This document shows, piece after piece, positions 50,433 to 63,968 of a stretch of DNA of 64,000 nucleotides. Made by a program: the position numbers and the translations under genes. The notes below the pieces were generated by a model. The model searched no databases. It was not told where the DNA came from and was given only the letters and a program-made list of their open reading frames with translations. Each line of letters begins with the position of its first letter. Positions within the stretch are counted from its first letter, which is position 1. Source of the DNA: Candidatus Sulfomarinibacteraceae bacterium (lineage in GTDB: Bacteria; Acidobacteriota; Thermoanaerobaculia; Thermoanaerobaculales; Sulfomarinibacteraceae); NCBI GenBank assembly GCA_963741385.1, contig CAVUHO010000010.1:1639720-1703719 (forward strand), in the 5' to 3' direction.

Positions 50433-52295
50433 TCAGCGAACCGGAGTTCCAACCGAGACCGCGGCGGGGCCCCGTGCCGAACCCCATCGCCTGCTGTCGC
50501 CGATGCCGACGAAGGTCATGGCATCGGCATCCCAGCCGACGGCGTTGACGCCGCCAAAGAGGACGATCCGCCGGTTCGTTGGTGGGTAGGGCATTCGCTC
50601 GATGTTCTCGTAACCCATGGTCTCCAGGGCATCGACATGGGCCGATGTGATCGCGCCGGCGATTTCGACTGAAGTCTGTGTTCTCGAGATGCCGGCGGCG
50701 AGAACCCGCGGCGCTTCGACGGCCTCGACGAGCCCCATGCCCCGATCCACGAGATTGCTGATGACGCCGGTGATGATCGCCGGAATGCGGCTGCTGCTCG
50801 GCGCCCCGAGCGCGGCCAGGAGATCGCCGTCTTCGGAGAGGACGAGAGTCGGCGCCATGTCGCTCGGGCACTTGACCCGTGGCTGCAGATAGCCCGGGCA
50901 CTGGGGTTTGTCGAAGTTGAAGCCCTCGAGCAGGCTGTTGTAGGGAAAGCCGAGACCAGGGGTCACGACCTCGGCGCCATAGGAGCGGCCGAGCGTCTGG
51001 GTGAGCGTCACGACGTTGCCCCACGCATCCGCCACCGAAAGCTGGGTGGTGCTGTCGCCCGTCGGCGCGCACTCGGGATCAACGGGCCCCCTGAGCTCGG
51101 CGTCGGGAATCGGCAGTCCTTCGGAGATCGACAGGGCACGGCGCCGGGCGTGTTCCTTGGAGAGGTCATCGGGTGACGAGAACGCAAGGCCGTCCAGCGT
51201 TGCTCCAGAGGCAAGACGATCTGCGAACGCGATGCGGAGGGCCTCGATGAGCAGTTGTTCACGCCACACGGAGTCGTCGGCCAATAGGCCGGCTGGAATG
51301 GCCTCGAGGATGTTGAGGCTTTCGACGATGACTGGGCCTCCACCGGGCGGCGGGAAGGTGATGATGTGGCGGTCGCGATAGGTGGAGTGGAGGGGCTGGG
51401 TTTCGCGAATTCTCAGCATGGCGAGGTCGGTCTTGCGGATAAAACCGCCGTTCGCCTGCATGTCGGCGTCGATCTGGTCGGCAATGCTCCCCCGGTAGAA
51501 CGACTCGACTCCCTCGCGTTGAATCCGCCGCAGGGTTCGTGCCAGGTCCGGCCGGCAGCGGACATCGCCGGGCAGCCCGATGGCGGCATTCTCGTCGGCC
51601 GGTCTGCCGATGAGGGTGTTGTCGCCAAGGGCGATCAGGCGAAGAGAACCGGAGCGCAGAATCCGTTCGTAGTAGACATTGGTCCACACGATCTGGGTGG
51701 GGTTGAGTCGGAAACCTGACTCGGCCACCTCCACCGAGGGCTGGATCAGGTCGGCCATCGGTATGGTCCCGTACCTGGCCCGCGCGAACTCGAGCACCGC
51801 GAGGGTGGTCGGGACCGCCGCCAGCTCATGCCCTTCCATCTGGTCGGCTTGCTTGAGCTCGTGGAGCCTGGAGGGGTCGACGGCCCCCGGTGTCGGGGCG
51901 GTGCCGTCGATCGCGACGGTGCGGCCGCCGGCGACGCGGACGATCATGTAGGTCATACCGCCGAGCCCCGAGGCGTCCGGGTCGGCCACTCCGAGCGCGA
52001 TCGCCGCCGCCACCGCGGCGTCGACGGCGTTGCCGCCGCGCTCGAGGATCTGAACACCGATCTCGGTCGCCTCTGGAGATCCGCTCGCCACCATCCCGAA
52101 GTCCGAGTGCGCAACCGAAGGGTGGAGTGGGGCCGGGAGCGGTTTACCGGTCCGGGCCTCGACCTCAGCCGGGAGGGGTTCAATGCAGGGACCGGAGGTC
52201 GCGGCGGCAATCACCACAGCATAGATGGCGGTCAGCCGAATCGCCCTGTGGGTAATGCCGCGAACATCACAGCTCCAGGGTGCGTGTTCAGTCAT
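50433..52295 (-). CDS. ggt: Gamma-glutamyltransferase paralog 2
   Basis: GGNAVDAAVAAAIALGVADPDASGLGG, TGDS-TTQLSVADAWGNVVTLTQTL and LFGGVNAV. The start overlaps the paralog 3 stop by 8 nt. Confidence 0.85.
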   Translation of the reverse strand: MTEHAPWSCDVRGITHRAIRLTAIYAVVIAAATSGPCIEPLPAEVEARTGKPLPAPLHPSVAHSDFGMVASGSPEATEIGVQILERGGNAVDAAVAAAIALGVADPDASGLGGMTYMIVRVAGGRTVAIDGTAPTPGAVDPSRLHELKQADQMEGHELAAVPTTLAVLEFARARYGTIPMADLIQPSVEVAESGFRLNPTQIVWTNVYYERILRSGSLRLIALGDNTLIGRPADENAAIGLPGDVRCRPDLARTLRRIQREGVESFYRGSIADQIDADMQANGGFIRKTDLAMLRIRETQPLHSTYRDRHIITFPPPGGGPVIVESLNILEAIPAGLLADDSVWREQLLIEALRIAFADRLASGATLDGLAFSSPDDLSKEHARRRALSISEGLPIPDAELRGPVDPECAPTGDSTTQLSVADAWGNVVTLTQTLGRSYGAEVVTPGLGFPYNSLLEGFNFDKPQCPGYLQPRVKCPSDMAPTLVLSEDGDLLAALGAPSSSRIPAIITGVISNLVDRGMGLVEAVEAPRVLAAGISRTQTSVEIAGAITSAHVDALETMGYENIERMPYPPTNRRIVLFGGVNAVGWDADAMTFVGIGDSRRWGSARGPAAVSVGTPVR

Positions 52296-54072
52296 CGTCG
52301 GCGATCACGCGCGGCCCCATCGCCAAACCTCCGCGCCGCGGGTCTGAGACTCCCGTGTACGTGACGGTTGCGGGATCGAACGCGACAGCGTTGACGCCAC
52401 CACATCTGGTCAGCCCGATCGGGGTCGCGGGGAAGTCGATCCGTTCGATCTCCTCGTAACCCATTTCCAGGAGCCGATCCATATCTCCGTCGGTCAACGC
52501 CCCGGAAATTTCCGCCGTCACCCGGAGGCTGGTGTAGCCGCCCCAGACGATGCGGGGCGCTGCCACCGCATCGCCCAGAGTCATCCCGCGGTCGACGACG
52601 TTGCTGATGACCACGGCAAGGATGCCCGGGATCCGGTTGCTTCCCGGACTTCCAAGCACCGCAATGGGGTTGTTGTCGCGCAGTACGATGGTCGGAGCGA
52701 TGTCGTTGATGCATGGGCTTCGAGGTTGGAGGTACCCCCCGCACTGGGGCTTTTCGACGTTGAAAGATTCGAGAAAGCTGTTGTAGAAGAACCCCAGACC
52801 CGGGGTTGCGACCTTGGAGCCGAAGGACCGGCTGAGGGTCTGGGTCAAGGACACGATATTGCCGTACTGATCGATCACCGAAACCTGGGTGGTGCTCTCA
52901 CCTTGTGGGAAGCAGTCGAGGTCGACCGGGCCGCTGATTTCCTCTCTCTTGAGCACCCTGCCCGGAACGATCATGGCGGCGCGTTCCCGCGCGTGGTTCT
53001 TGCTCAGTACCCGGTCTGTTGAACCCGGGACGGCTCCCGAACTACCGCGGTCCGCGCTTGCGATTCTGAAGGTTTCCACGAGAGCATGGTGTCGTTCGAT
53101 CGTGTCGCTCGCGAGAAATTCGGAAGGGAACGTCTCCATGATGTTGAGGACTTCAACAAGCGTCTCTCCGCCGCCAGGGGAGGGGACAGTCAGGACCTCG
53201 ACGTCCCGGTACGTGGTCCTCAAGGCGGGGCGTTCGCGGACCCTCATCATGACCAGGTCGGACTTGCGGAGAAAACCGCCGTTGGCCTGCATGTCGGCCT
53301 CGATCTCGTCGGCGATGCTGCCGCGGTAGAAGTCGGCGACACCGGCGGCGGCGATGCGTTTGAGGGTGTTTGCGAGTTCGGGCTGACAGTGGAGGTCACC
53401 AGGTTGGCCGATGGTTCGACCGTCCTCCAAAACCAGATACGGTGCGTAGTCCGACGCGGCGATGAGGTTGTCGTAATAGTCCTCGGTCCACGTGATCTGG
53501 ATCGGACTCAGGTGATAGCCGTTTTCTGCAACCTCGATGGCAGGGTGCAGGGCTTCCGCCATCGTTATTGAGCCGTGGCCCTGGAGGGCGAGGTCGAGGA
53601 CCGCAAGCGTGGTGGGGACAGTTACCATCTCGTGGCCGAAGGTGCGGCCGGACAGTTTCACTTCACGAAGCCTGGCGATGTCAACCTGGGCCGGCGTGAG
53701 CGAAGTGCCGTCGATGACGACGGCCGGCCGGCCGGCCGGTTTGATGACCATGTAGGTCGCACCGCCGATGCCCGAGGCGTCGGGGTCGGCGACACTCAAA
53801 ACGAGGGCCGCGGTGACTGCCGCATCGATCGCATTGCCGCCCCGCTCGAGGATGGCTGCCGCCGCTTCGGTGGCTTCAGGTGAACCGGTGGATATCATGC
53901 CGAGATCCGAGTGGACCGCAGTGGCACGCAGTTGTGGCGGCGGCAATTCTCCGCTCTGGCTCGTCCAGGGGAAGAGGGCGAACACCCCGAACAGAACTGT
54001 CGCAAGCCCCCTGGGGCGTCGGCCGATTGCCGAAAATCCGCGGCTCGGAAATCTCTCAGTCATTGGCGGCAC
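52288..54072 (-). CDS. ggt: Gamma-glutamyltransferase paralog 3
   Basis: Signal peptide, GGNAIDAAVTAAL, QGES-TTQVSVIDQYGNIVSLTQTL and RCGGVNAV. The start overlaps the paralog 4 stop by 17 nt. Confidence 0.85.
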   Translation of the reverse strand: MPPMTERFPSRGFSAIGRRPRGLATVLFGVFALFPWTSQSGELPPPQLRATAVHSDLGMISTGSPEATEAAAAILERGGNAIDAAVTAALVLSVADPDASGIGGATYMVIKPAGRPAVVIDGTSLTPAQVDIARLREVKLSGRTFGHEMVTVPTTLAVLDLALQGHGSITMAEALHPAIEVAENGYHLSPIQITWTEDYYDNLIAASDYAPYLVLEDGRTIGQPGDLHCQPELANTLKRIAAAGVADFYRGSIADEIEADMQANGGFLRKSDLVMMRVRERPALRTTYRDVEVLTVPSPGGGETLVEVLNIMETFPSEFLASDTIERHHALVETFRIASADRGSSGAVPGSTDRVLSKNHARERAAMIVPGRVLKREEISGPVDLDCFPQGESTTQVSVIDQYGNIVSLTQTLSRSFGSKVATPGLGFFYNSFLESFNVEKPQCGGYLQPRSPCINDIAPTIVLRDNNPIAVLGSPGSNRIPGILAVVISNVVDRGMTLGDAVAAPRIVWGGYTSLRVTAEISGALTDGDMDRLLEMGYEEIERIDFPATPIGLTRCGGVNAVAFDPATVTYTGVSDPRRGGLAMGPRVIADDD

Positions 54073-55816
54073 TCACCCGCGGCCCCAGGGCGAGACCACC
54101 GCGCCGGGGGTCGACCGCACCGGTGTAGGTTCCCGTCACCGGATCGAAGGCGACGGCGTTGACGCCTCCGAAGTCCGCGAGGTCGACCGGATCAGCCGGG
54201 AAATGGAGTGCTTCAACAGGGTTCTCGTAGCCCATTGCGTTGAGAGCGTCGACGGAGTCGTCGGTCAGGGGTCCTGCGACCTGGATGTAGATTCTCATGT
54301 CCTTTCCGCCGTCCCACAGGATTCTGGGAGCTTCGATCGCCGCGCCCAGACCCATCCCGCGATCGACCACGTTGCTGATGACGCCGGCGAGAATTGAGGG
54401 GATGCGACTGCTGCCCGGAGTGCCGAGGGCCATCAACCGACCACCGTCGGACACCAGGATGGTGGGCGCCATGTCGTTCGGACAGGGGTCGCGCGGACGC
54501 AGGAAGCCCGGGCATTGGGGCTTGTCGACCTTGAAGGATGAGAGGAAGTTGTTGTAGATGAAGCCGAGCCCCGGCGTCGCGACCTTGGCGCCGTAGGATT
54601 GCCCGAGGGTCTGGGTCAACGACACGACGTTTCCAGCGCTGTCGATGATCGAGACCTGGGTGGTGCTCTCACCTTCTTCCGGCACGCAGTCGGGGTCCAC
54701 CGGACCCGAGATTGCGGTTTTTGGCAGGGCGGTGCCGGGCACGATCATCTGCGCGAGAATCGGTGCCTGCGCCTTGCGCTGCCCTTGAGTGGCCGGCGGT
54801 CCGCCCGCGATCAGGAGGTCGGCGCCCGCGCTCGCCCTGACGCCCAACGCGATGCGGGCAGTCTCGATGAAGACGTGGTGGCGGGCCAGCGAATCCTCGG
54901 CCATGAAAGCGGCGGGAAAGGTCTCGAGGATGTCGAGTGTCTCGACCAGGCTGTCGCCGCCTCCGGGCGACGGGACGGAGAGCACCTCGACGCCGCGGTA
55001 GGTCGTGGTCACGGGCGAAACCCGGGGCACACGCAACATGGCGAGGTCTCCCCGGCGAAGGGAACCGCCGTTGCTCACCATGTCGGCCTCGATGCGGGCG
55101 GCGATCGACCCACGATAGAAGCTGTCGACTCCATCGCGAGCGATCTCCCGTAGCGTCGCGGCCAGATCGTGGTTGCAGAAGAGGTCGCCCGGTCCCCCGA
55201 TGGTCTTCCCGTCGTCCATGACCAGGAATGGCAGATAATCAGAGCCCGCTACGAGGTCCTCGTGGTAGGCACGGGTCCACGCGATCTGGATCGGGCTCAG
55301 TCGATAGCCGAACGTCGCCAGATCGATCGCAGGCTGCAGCGCCGCGTTCATGGAAATCGTTCCGTAGGTGCCCAGCGCGAGGTCGAGCACAGCCAGCGTG
55401 GTCGGCACGGCGACCATTTCATAACCGAAGTCCCGATCGGTGTTTTTCGCTGCGCGGAGACCCTCGAGGTTCAGTGACGCCGGCGCGTGCGCGGTGCCGT
55501 CGATCGCCACGGCGTGTCCTCCAGCCAGGCGAATCACCATGTAGGTCATACCGCCGATGCCGGAGGCGTCGGAATCGGCGACTCCGAGGACGAGTGCGGC
55601 CACCACCGCCGCATCGATCGCGTTGCCGCCCCGCTCGAGCACGGCCACCGCCGCTTCGGTGGCCTCCGGAGATCCGGTGGCAACCATGCCGAAATCGGAC
55701 CTCGACTCCCGGGCCTCGAACCCGGGCGGGAAGGTTTGCGCGCCGAGGGGACCGCCGGGGAGTGCCGCCAGCATGAACCCTGCACACGTGGTCAGAAGAA
55801 ATACCGGAAACCGCAA
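54056..55816 (-). CDS. ggt: Gamma-glutamyltransferase paralog 4
   Basis: GGNAIDAAVVAAL, EGES-TTQVSIIDSAGNVVSLTQTL and DFGGVNAV. The listed 825-aa ORF extends into the RND gene in another frame. I place the start at TTG 55816 (alternative ATG 55774), and it remains uncertain. Confidence 0.8.
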   Translation of the reverse strand: MRFPVFLLTTCAGFMLAALPGGPLGAQTFPPGFEARESRSDFGMVATGSPEATEAAVAVLERGGNAIDAAVVAALVLGVADSDASGIGGMTYMVIRLAGGHAVAIDGTAHAPASLNLEGLRAAKNTDRDFGYEMVAVPTTLAVLDLALGTYGTISMNAALQPAIDLATFGYRLSPIQIAWTRAYHEDLVAGSDYLPFLVMDDGKTIGGPGDLFCNHDLAATLREIARDGVDSFYRGSIAARIEADMVSNGGSLRRGDLAMLRVPRVSPVTTTYRGVEVLSVPSPGGGDSLVETLDILETFPAAFMAEDSLARHHVFIETARIALGVRASAGADLLIAGGPPATQGQRKAQAPILAQMIVPGTALPKTAISGPVDPDCVPEEGESTTQVSIIDSAGNVVSLTQTLGQSYGAKVATPGLGFIYNNFLSSFKVDKPQCPGFLRPRDPCPNDMAPTILVSDGGRLMALGTPGSSRIPSILAGVISNVVDRGMGLGAAIEAPRILWDGGKDMRIYIQVAGPLTDDSVDALNAMGYENPVEALHFPADPVDLADFGGVNAVAFDPVTGTYTGAVDPRRGGLALGPRVSAAND

Positions 55817-55914
55817 TGAGAGTACCGCCGTAGGTAGTGTTGTCAGGTGATCGAAAGCCACCCGAGGGCGTTTCCGACGTCCTGTCGGAACAGTGTACAC
55901 CCGGTAGTTTGCGG

Positions 55915-58900
55915 TTACTGCGGGCTCGTCGGAACGCCGCTCGCGGGGATCTGGACCGGCCGCCCGCCGCGCCGCTTCGGCAGCGCCGCCAGCACGGCGG
56001 CGCCCACGTCCTCGAGGGTCGTGTACCACACCGGCAGCGCGAGCAGGGTGAAGATCGTCGAGGTGGCGAGCCCGCCGATGACCACCACCGCGATGGAGTC
56101 GATGTAGGCGCCGGCGACGGTGGCGCGGGCCCAGACCAGCGGAATGAGCCCGAAGATGGTGGTGATGGCGGTCATCATGACGGGGCGGAGGCGGTCGCCG
56201 CAGCCCTCGATCAGGGCCTGACGCCGCTCGACCCCGGCCACCCGCAGCGAGTTGACGTGGTCCACCAGGACGATGCCGTTGTTGACCACGATGCCGATGA
56301 GGATGATGATCCCCATGAAGGCGATGGGGTTGAGGTCGTAGCCGCCCAGCCACAGGCTCCAGAATGCGCCGAAGAACGCGAGCATCAGCGTGATGAGGAT
56401 GGCGAAGGGCTGGGTGAAGCTCTCGAAGAGGGCGGCCATCAGCAGGATCACTGCCATCAACGACAACACCACGCCGCGGAACATGGTTCCCAGCGCCTCG
56501 TCGCGGTCGTGCCCCCACTCGCCGAAGTCCCACGAGTAGCCTTCGGGGACGGTGAAGCCGGCCATCCGTTCTTCGACCAGCGCCTTCGCTTCATCGGTGG
56601 TCACCTCGTCCTTTTTGAACTGGGCGGTCACCCACTGGGTGGTTTGGCGATCCTCCCTCTGGATCCGCTCCGGTGTTCGCGCGATGGTGACTTCTGCCAC
56701 CGAGCTCAGGGGAACGGTGCCTCCGGTACGATTCGGGACTGGGAGATCGGCCAGGGCATCGATTCCCGGCTGGGCGTCCTCGGGGAGACCGAGCACCATC
56801 TCAACCTCGCCGTCGGGGCCCTGGAATCGGCGCATGCGCCGTCCGCGGAAGGCGAAACCAACTGCCTCGGCCACGCTGCGCGGGGTGACGTCGAGGCTGT
56901 GGGCGGCGTCAGCGTCCACCAGAAGCCGCAGCTCCTTGGTGCCGTTCATGGTGGGCCCCCACACCTCCTCGAGGTGATCGAGACCGCGCATTCTCTCCTC
57001 GACCTGCGTTGAAAGATCCTCGAGATATTCGGGGTCCTCGCCGTGCAGCGCCACCGACACCATGCGGCGGTCCTGGCCGCCGCGGTGCCGCCAGTTGTCG
57101 CGGTCGCCGATCTCGAGGCTGACGCCGGCGATCTCCGGCAGGCCATCCCGCAGCTGCGACCGCAGCTTTCCGACCGCCTCCGGATTGGCTTCAGACTCGG
57201 GCAGGTAGACGCGGGTCATGCAGAAGCCCTGTTCGCTGTACCACGAGTAGACGCCTTCGAAACCGAGTTCGTCCTTGCGGCTGTAGACCCACTCTTCCAA
57301 CTGATCGATATGCCCTTCCAAAACATCTCTGGACACGTCGTCGTGGACGCGCAGAAAGATCGAGACATCCCGGGTCTGTTCGGGCATGTCGCCGGACTTC
57401 TCGATCTGGGACAGCGGCCAGGCGGCCGAACCGGCGATCGCAAAGAGGCAGGTGAGGGTCACCAGACGGTGATCGAGGGTCCAGTCGAGCAACCTGCGGT
57501 AGGCCGGCACCAGCCTGCGGTTGACGAAACCGGGCTGTGGGTCGTGGGCGGGTGAAAACCGCGCAGCGGCCAGGGGAATGAAGGTCAGGGAGATCAGCAG
57601 CGAGCAGGCCACCGCCAGACAGATCGTCAGCGCGACCTCGCCCATCATGATGACCATGGTGTTGCGTTCGGAGACGAAGAGCCACGACCACACGAAGATC
57701 GAGGTGGCGGTCGAGGCGACCACCGCCAGCGCCACCTGTTGGGCGCCGAGCCGCGCCGCCACCGGCGCCGGGTGGCCCATGCCCTCGTAGCGGTGGATGT
57801 TCTCGATCACCACCACCGCGTTGTCCACCAGCATGCCGACGCCGAGCATCAGACCGAGCAGGGTGAGGACGTTGAACTGCGCGCCGAGGGCGAACATCGC
57901 GCCGCACGTGACGAGCAGCGAAAAGGGGATGGCGGTGGCGACCACCAACGTGGTGCGGAAGCGGCGCAGAAAGAAGTGCAGTACGACGACGGCCAGGATG
58001 CCGCCGTAGATGCCGGCGTTGCGCAGCCCCGACAGCGAGTTGCGGATCGCCTCGCCCTGGTTTTCCCAGATCAGGAGGTTGATGCCCTCGAGCTGGGGGT
58101 CTTTCTTGATCTCTTCGATGCGCTCGAGGGCCTTATCCACCACCTCGATGGTGTTGGCGCTGGGTTCCTTGTAGATGTCGATGCCGACCGCAAAGGAGCG
58201 GTCGAGGTGGCGTCCGTAGTCGAGGCGCGGTTCGCGCATCTCGACCACGGCCACGTCGCCGATCCGGAGGCCGTCGCCGCCGACGCGCAGGTCGGCGATC
58301 TCCCGGGCGGACTGGAATCGGGTCAAGGTGCGAACCTCGTAGCGCACCACGTCGCCGCGGATGACGCCCGCGTCGACGTCGTGGTTGGCGGCGTCGACGG
58401 CCCTCAGAACCTCACCGGCCTCGATGCCGTGCCGCCGCAGGGCGTCGAGATCGAGGTCGATCCGGACCTGCTGCTGTTCGACCCCGTAGAGATCGACCCG
58501 GGCAACGCCCTTGATGCGCTCGAGGGGGCGGCCGATGCGGCGGTCGAGAAGGTCCCACGACTCCGCCAGGTTGCGTTCGGCTGAAATCCGTCCCGCCAGC
58601 ACCTGGGAGCTGCCGCCGTCGGTGTCGCCGCGGATCGAGATGTGGCCGATGGTGTCAGGAAGCAGGGGGCGGGCGCGGTCGATGGCCTCGCGGACCTCCA
58701 TCTTCTTGATGTCGACGTCGACTCCCCAGTCGAACATCACCTGCATGTTGGCCGACCCCGTCTGCGTGTTGCCCTGAATCCGCTTGACGTCGGGGATGGT
58801 GGCGATTTCCTCCTCGATGGGTTTCAGAACCTCGCGCAAGGCCTCGAGCGGATGCGCGCCCGGGAAGGGGATTTCGATGTCGATTTCCGGCTCGTTGACC

Positions 58901-59016
58901 ACCGGCATGAAGTCGAGCGGCAGCAGGAAGACCGCCACCGTGCCGAGGACCGTGAGGCTCAAAAGGAGCATCAGGGTGGCAACCGGACGATCCAGAGGAA
59001 TGTCGGTCAGGCGCAT
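55915..59016 (-). CDS. RND efflux transporter permease (second of a tandem pair)
   Basis: 1033 aa, 12-TM AcrB-like layout. It starts MRLTDIPLDRPVATLMLLLSLTVLG and has a conserved GMLVDNAVVVIENI-type TM4 motif. ATG at 59016 after GAGGAG. Confidence 0.9.
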   Translation of the reverse strand: MRLTDIPLDRPVATLMLLLSLTVLGTVAVFLLPLDFMPVVNEPEIDIEIPFPGAHPLEALREVLKPIEEEIATIPDVKRIQGNTQTGSANMQVMFDWGVDVDIKKMEVREAIDRARPLLPDTIGHISIRGDTDGGSSQVLAGRISAERNLAESWDLLDRRIGRPLERIKGVARVDLYGVEQQQVRIDLDLDALRRHGIEAGEVLRAVDAANHDVDAGVIRGDVVRYEVRTLTRFQSAREIADLRVGGDGLRIGDVAVVEMREPRLDYGRHLDRSFAVGIDIYKEPSANTIEVVDKALERIEEIKKDPQLEGINLLIWENQGEAIRNSLSGLRNAGIYGGILAVVVLHFFLRRFRTTLVVATAIPFSLLVTCGAMFALGAQFNVLTLLGLMLGVGMLVDNAVVVIENIHRYEGMGHPAPVAARLGAQQVALAVVASTATSIFVWSWLFVSERNTMVIMMGEVALTICLAVACSLLISLTFIPLAAARFSPAHDPQPGFVNRRLVPAYRRLLDWTLDHRLVTLTCLFAIAGSAAWPLSQIEKSGDMPEQTRDVSIFLRVHDDVSRDVLEGHIDQLEEWVYSRKDELGFEGVYSWYSEQGFCMTRVYLPESEANPEAVGKLRSQLRDGLPEIAGVSLEIGDRDNWRHRGGQDRRMVSVALHGEDPEYLEDLSTQVEERMRGLDHLEEVWGPTMNGTKELRLLVDADAAHSLDVTPRSVAEAVGFAFRGRRMRRFQGPDGEVEMVLGLPEDAQPGIDALADLPVPNRTGGTVPLSSVAEVTIARTPERIQREDRQTTQWVTAQFKKDEVTTDEAKALVEERMAGFTVPEGYSWDFGEWGHDRDEALGTMFRGVVLSLMAVILLMAALFESFTQPFAILITLMLAFFGAFWSLWLGGYDLNPIAFMGIIILIGIVVNNGIVLVDHVNSLRVAGVERRQALIEGCGDRLRPVMMTAITTIFGLIPLVWARATVAGAYIDSIAVVVIGGLATSTIFTLLALPVWYTTLEDVGAAVLAALPKRRGGRPVQIPASGVPTSPQ

Positions 59017-59026
59017 GACGGCTCCT

Positions 59027-62584
<3,558 letters not shown>

Positions 62585-62631
62585 GGGTCAGTCCACCGGA
62601 GCCGGATTTGAAACTCGACCATGGGCAATCA

Positions 62632-63780
62632 TCATCCGGCCAGCCCGTCGTCATCAGCTGATTCGGTTTCGGTCATGACCCGCACCTTGGCGCCTTCCGA
62701 AAGCGCCGGCGCGCCGACGACCACCACCTGGTCGCCGGGGGATAGGACGATCGCGGTATCCGCCGTGTGATCGATTTCCACTCGGTCGCCGCTTTCGAAG
62801 CTCAGCATCACCTCGATCTGTTCCACGAGGTCGCCATCGGCCAGGCGATAGAGGTGCCATCTCCGGCCCTCGGCGACCAGCGCCGATCGCGGCACGACGA
62901 GAGCGTTTTCGTGGGTGTCGGTGACGATGTCGACGCGGACGAAAGCGCCCGGGCGGAGCCCGGAATCACCGGTGACGGCCACCGTGACCTTGACAGTTCC
63001 CGTCGCCGGGTCGACCGCCGGCGCGATGCGTTCGATGAGGGCGTTTGCCACCGTGCCGGTCGCGTCCGCGGACAGTCGCACCTCCTGGCCGGCGCGGAGG
63101 CTGGTGACGTGGCGTTCGGGGATGTTGACGTCGGCGTACAGGGGATCGATGTCGGCAAGGTCGTAGACCGGCGTGCCGTCCGAGACCGTGGCGCCGACGT
63201 CGAGGTGTCGTTTGACCACCGTGCCGGCGATCGGCGCGCGGATGACGGTCCGCGACAGCTCGAGCTCGGCGAGCTCGAGAGCGTGGGACGCGTCCTCGGC
63301 ATTGCTACGGCTGGCCTCGTACTCGTCGACGCTGACCAGCCCCCGTTCCTGAAGACCACTCAGGCGCTCGAAGTCGCGCCGCGCCTTTTCCTCGGTCGAC
63401 CGCGCCCGGGCCGCGGTGATCTTCTGCTCGTCGTTCTCGAGGTAGGCGAGGGGCTGGCCGGAGGCGACCTTGTCGCCCTCTTCGACAACCAGCCGCTCGA
63501 CCACGCCGCGGGTCCGCGCGATGACCGTCGCCTGGCGATCGGCGCGCAGGGTGGCCGATGTCGAGTAGAGCGAGGAAATGGACTCGAGGGAGATAGGGCT
63601 GATCTTGACCGCGATGGCCGGTTCTTCCTGGTCGGATTCCGTCCCCGGTCCCTGGCCGTTGCCGCCGTCACCGGCGGTCTCACCGCCGCCGCAGCCGACG
63701 ACGAAAATCGAAGCGAGGAGAACCGAAAACGGCACGAGGTGCCACAGTTGCAGTGTCTTCGTAATCTTTTGGATGTTCAA
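62632..63780 (-). CDS. RND periplasmic adaptor (membrane fusion protein), lipoprotein
   Basis: TTG start after AAGGGA and lipobox FVVGC. Lipoyl/beta-barrel pattern (VVEEGDKVASGQPLAYLE, IRAPIAGTVV, a coiled-coil segment), HlyD/AcrA-like. Confidence 0.85.
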   Translation of the reverse strand: MNIQKITKTLQLWHLVPFSVLLASIFVVGCGGGETAGDGGNGQGPGTESDQEEPAIAVKISPISLESISSLYSTSATLRADRQATVIARTRGVVERLVVEEGDKVASGQPLAYLENDEQKITAARARSTEEKARRDFERLSGLQERGLVSVDEYEASRSNAEDASHALELAELELSRTVIRAPIAGTVVKRHLDVGATVSDGTPVYDLADIDPLYADVNIPERHVTSLRAGQEVRLSADATGTVANALIERIAPAVDPATGTVKVTVAVTGDSGLRPGAFVRVDIVTDTHENALVVPRSALVAEGRRWHLYRLADGDLVEQIEVMLSFESGDRVEIDHTADTAIVLSPGDQVVVVGAPALSEGAKVRVMTETESADDDGLAG

Positions 63781-63876
63781 TTTGCATTCCCTTGAGTGCG
63801 CTGAGTGATCCCTGCGGATCGGCTGCCCCGTGGATTGTACGAGAAAAAGTGCATGGGGGTTGCTTTATTCCGCCAT

Positions 63877-63941
63877 CCGTTTCCGTGCCCTCCTCCGATT
63901 CCATCTCCCGGAGATGGAATCGGAGGAGGGCACGGAAACGG
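63877..63941. other. Perfect 32-bp-stem inverted repeat upstream of the MFP gene
   Basis: CCGTTTCCGTGCCCTCCTCCGATTCCATCTCC-C-GGAGATGGAATCGGAGGAGGGCACGGAAACGG. It lies ~100 nt upstream of the MFP start, between it and the terminator of the next gene. Confidence 0.8.
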
Positions 63942-63968
63942 AAAAAAAGACCCGGCCGGAGCCGGGTC
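63942..63968 (-). terminator. Rho-independent terminator of a minus-strand gene lying beyond the right edge
   Basis: On the minus strand, GACCCGGC-TCCG-GCCGGGTC (63949-63968) is followed by TTTTTTT (63942-63948). Confidence 0.65.

Noticed and set aside
54056-56533. 825-aa ORF implying a GGT with a 240-aa N-terminal extension
   Set aside because: The extension is an Arg/His-rich out-of-frame overlap with the 3' end of the RND gene (55915..). The GGT signal peptide and homology begin near 55816.
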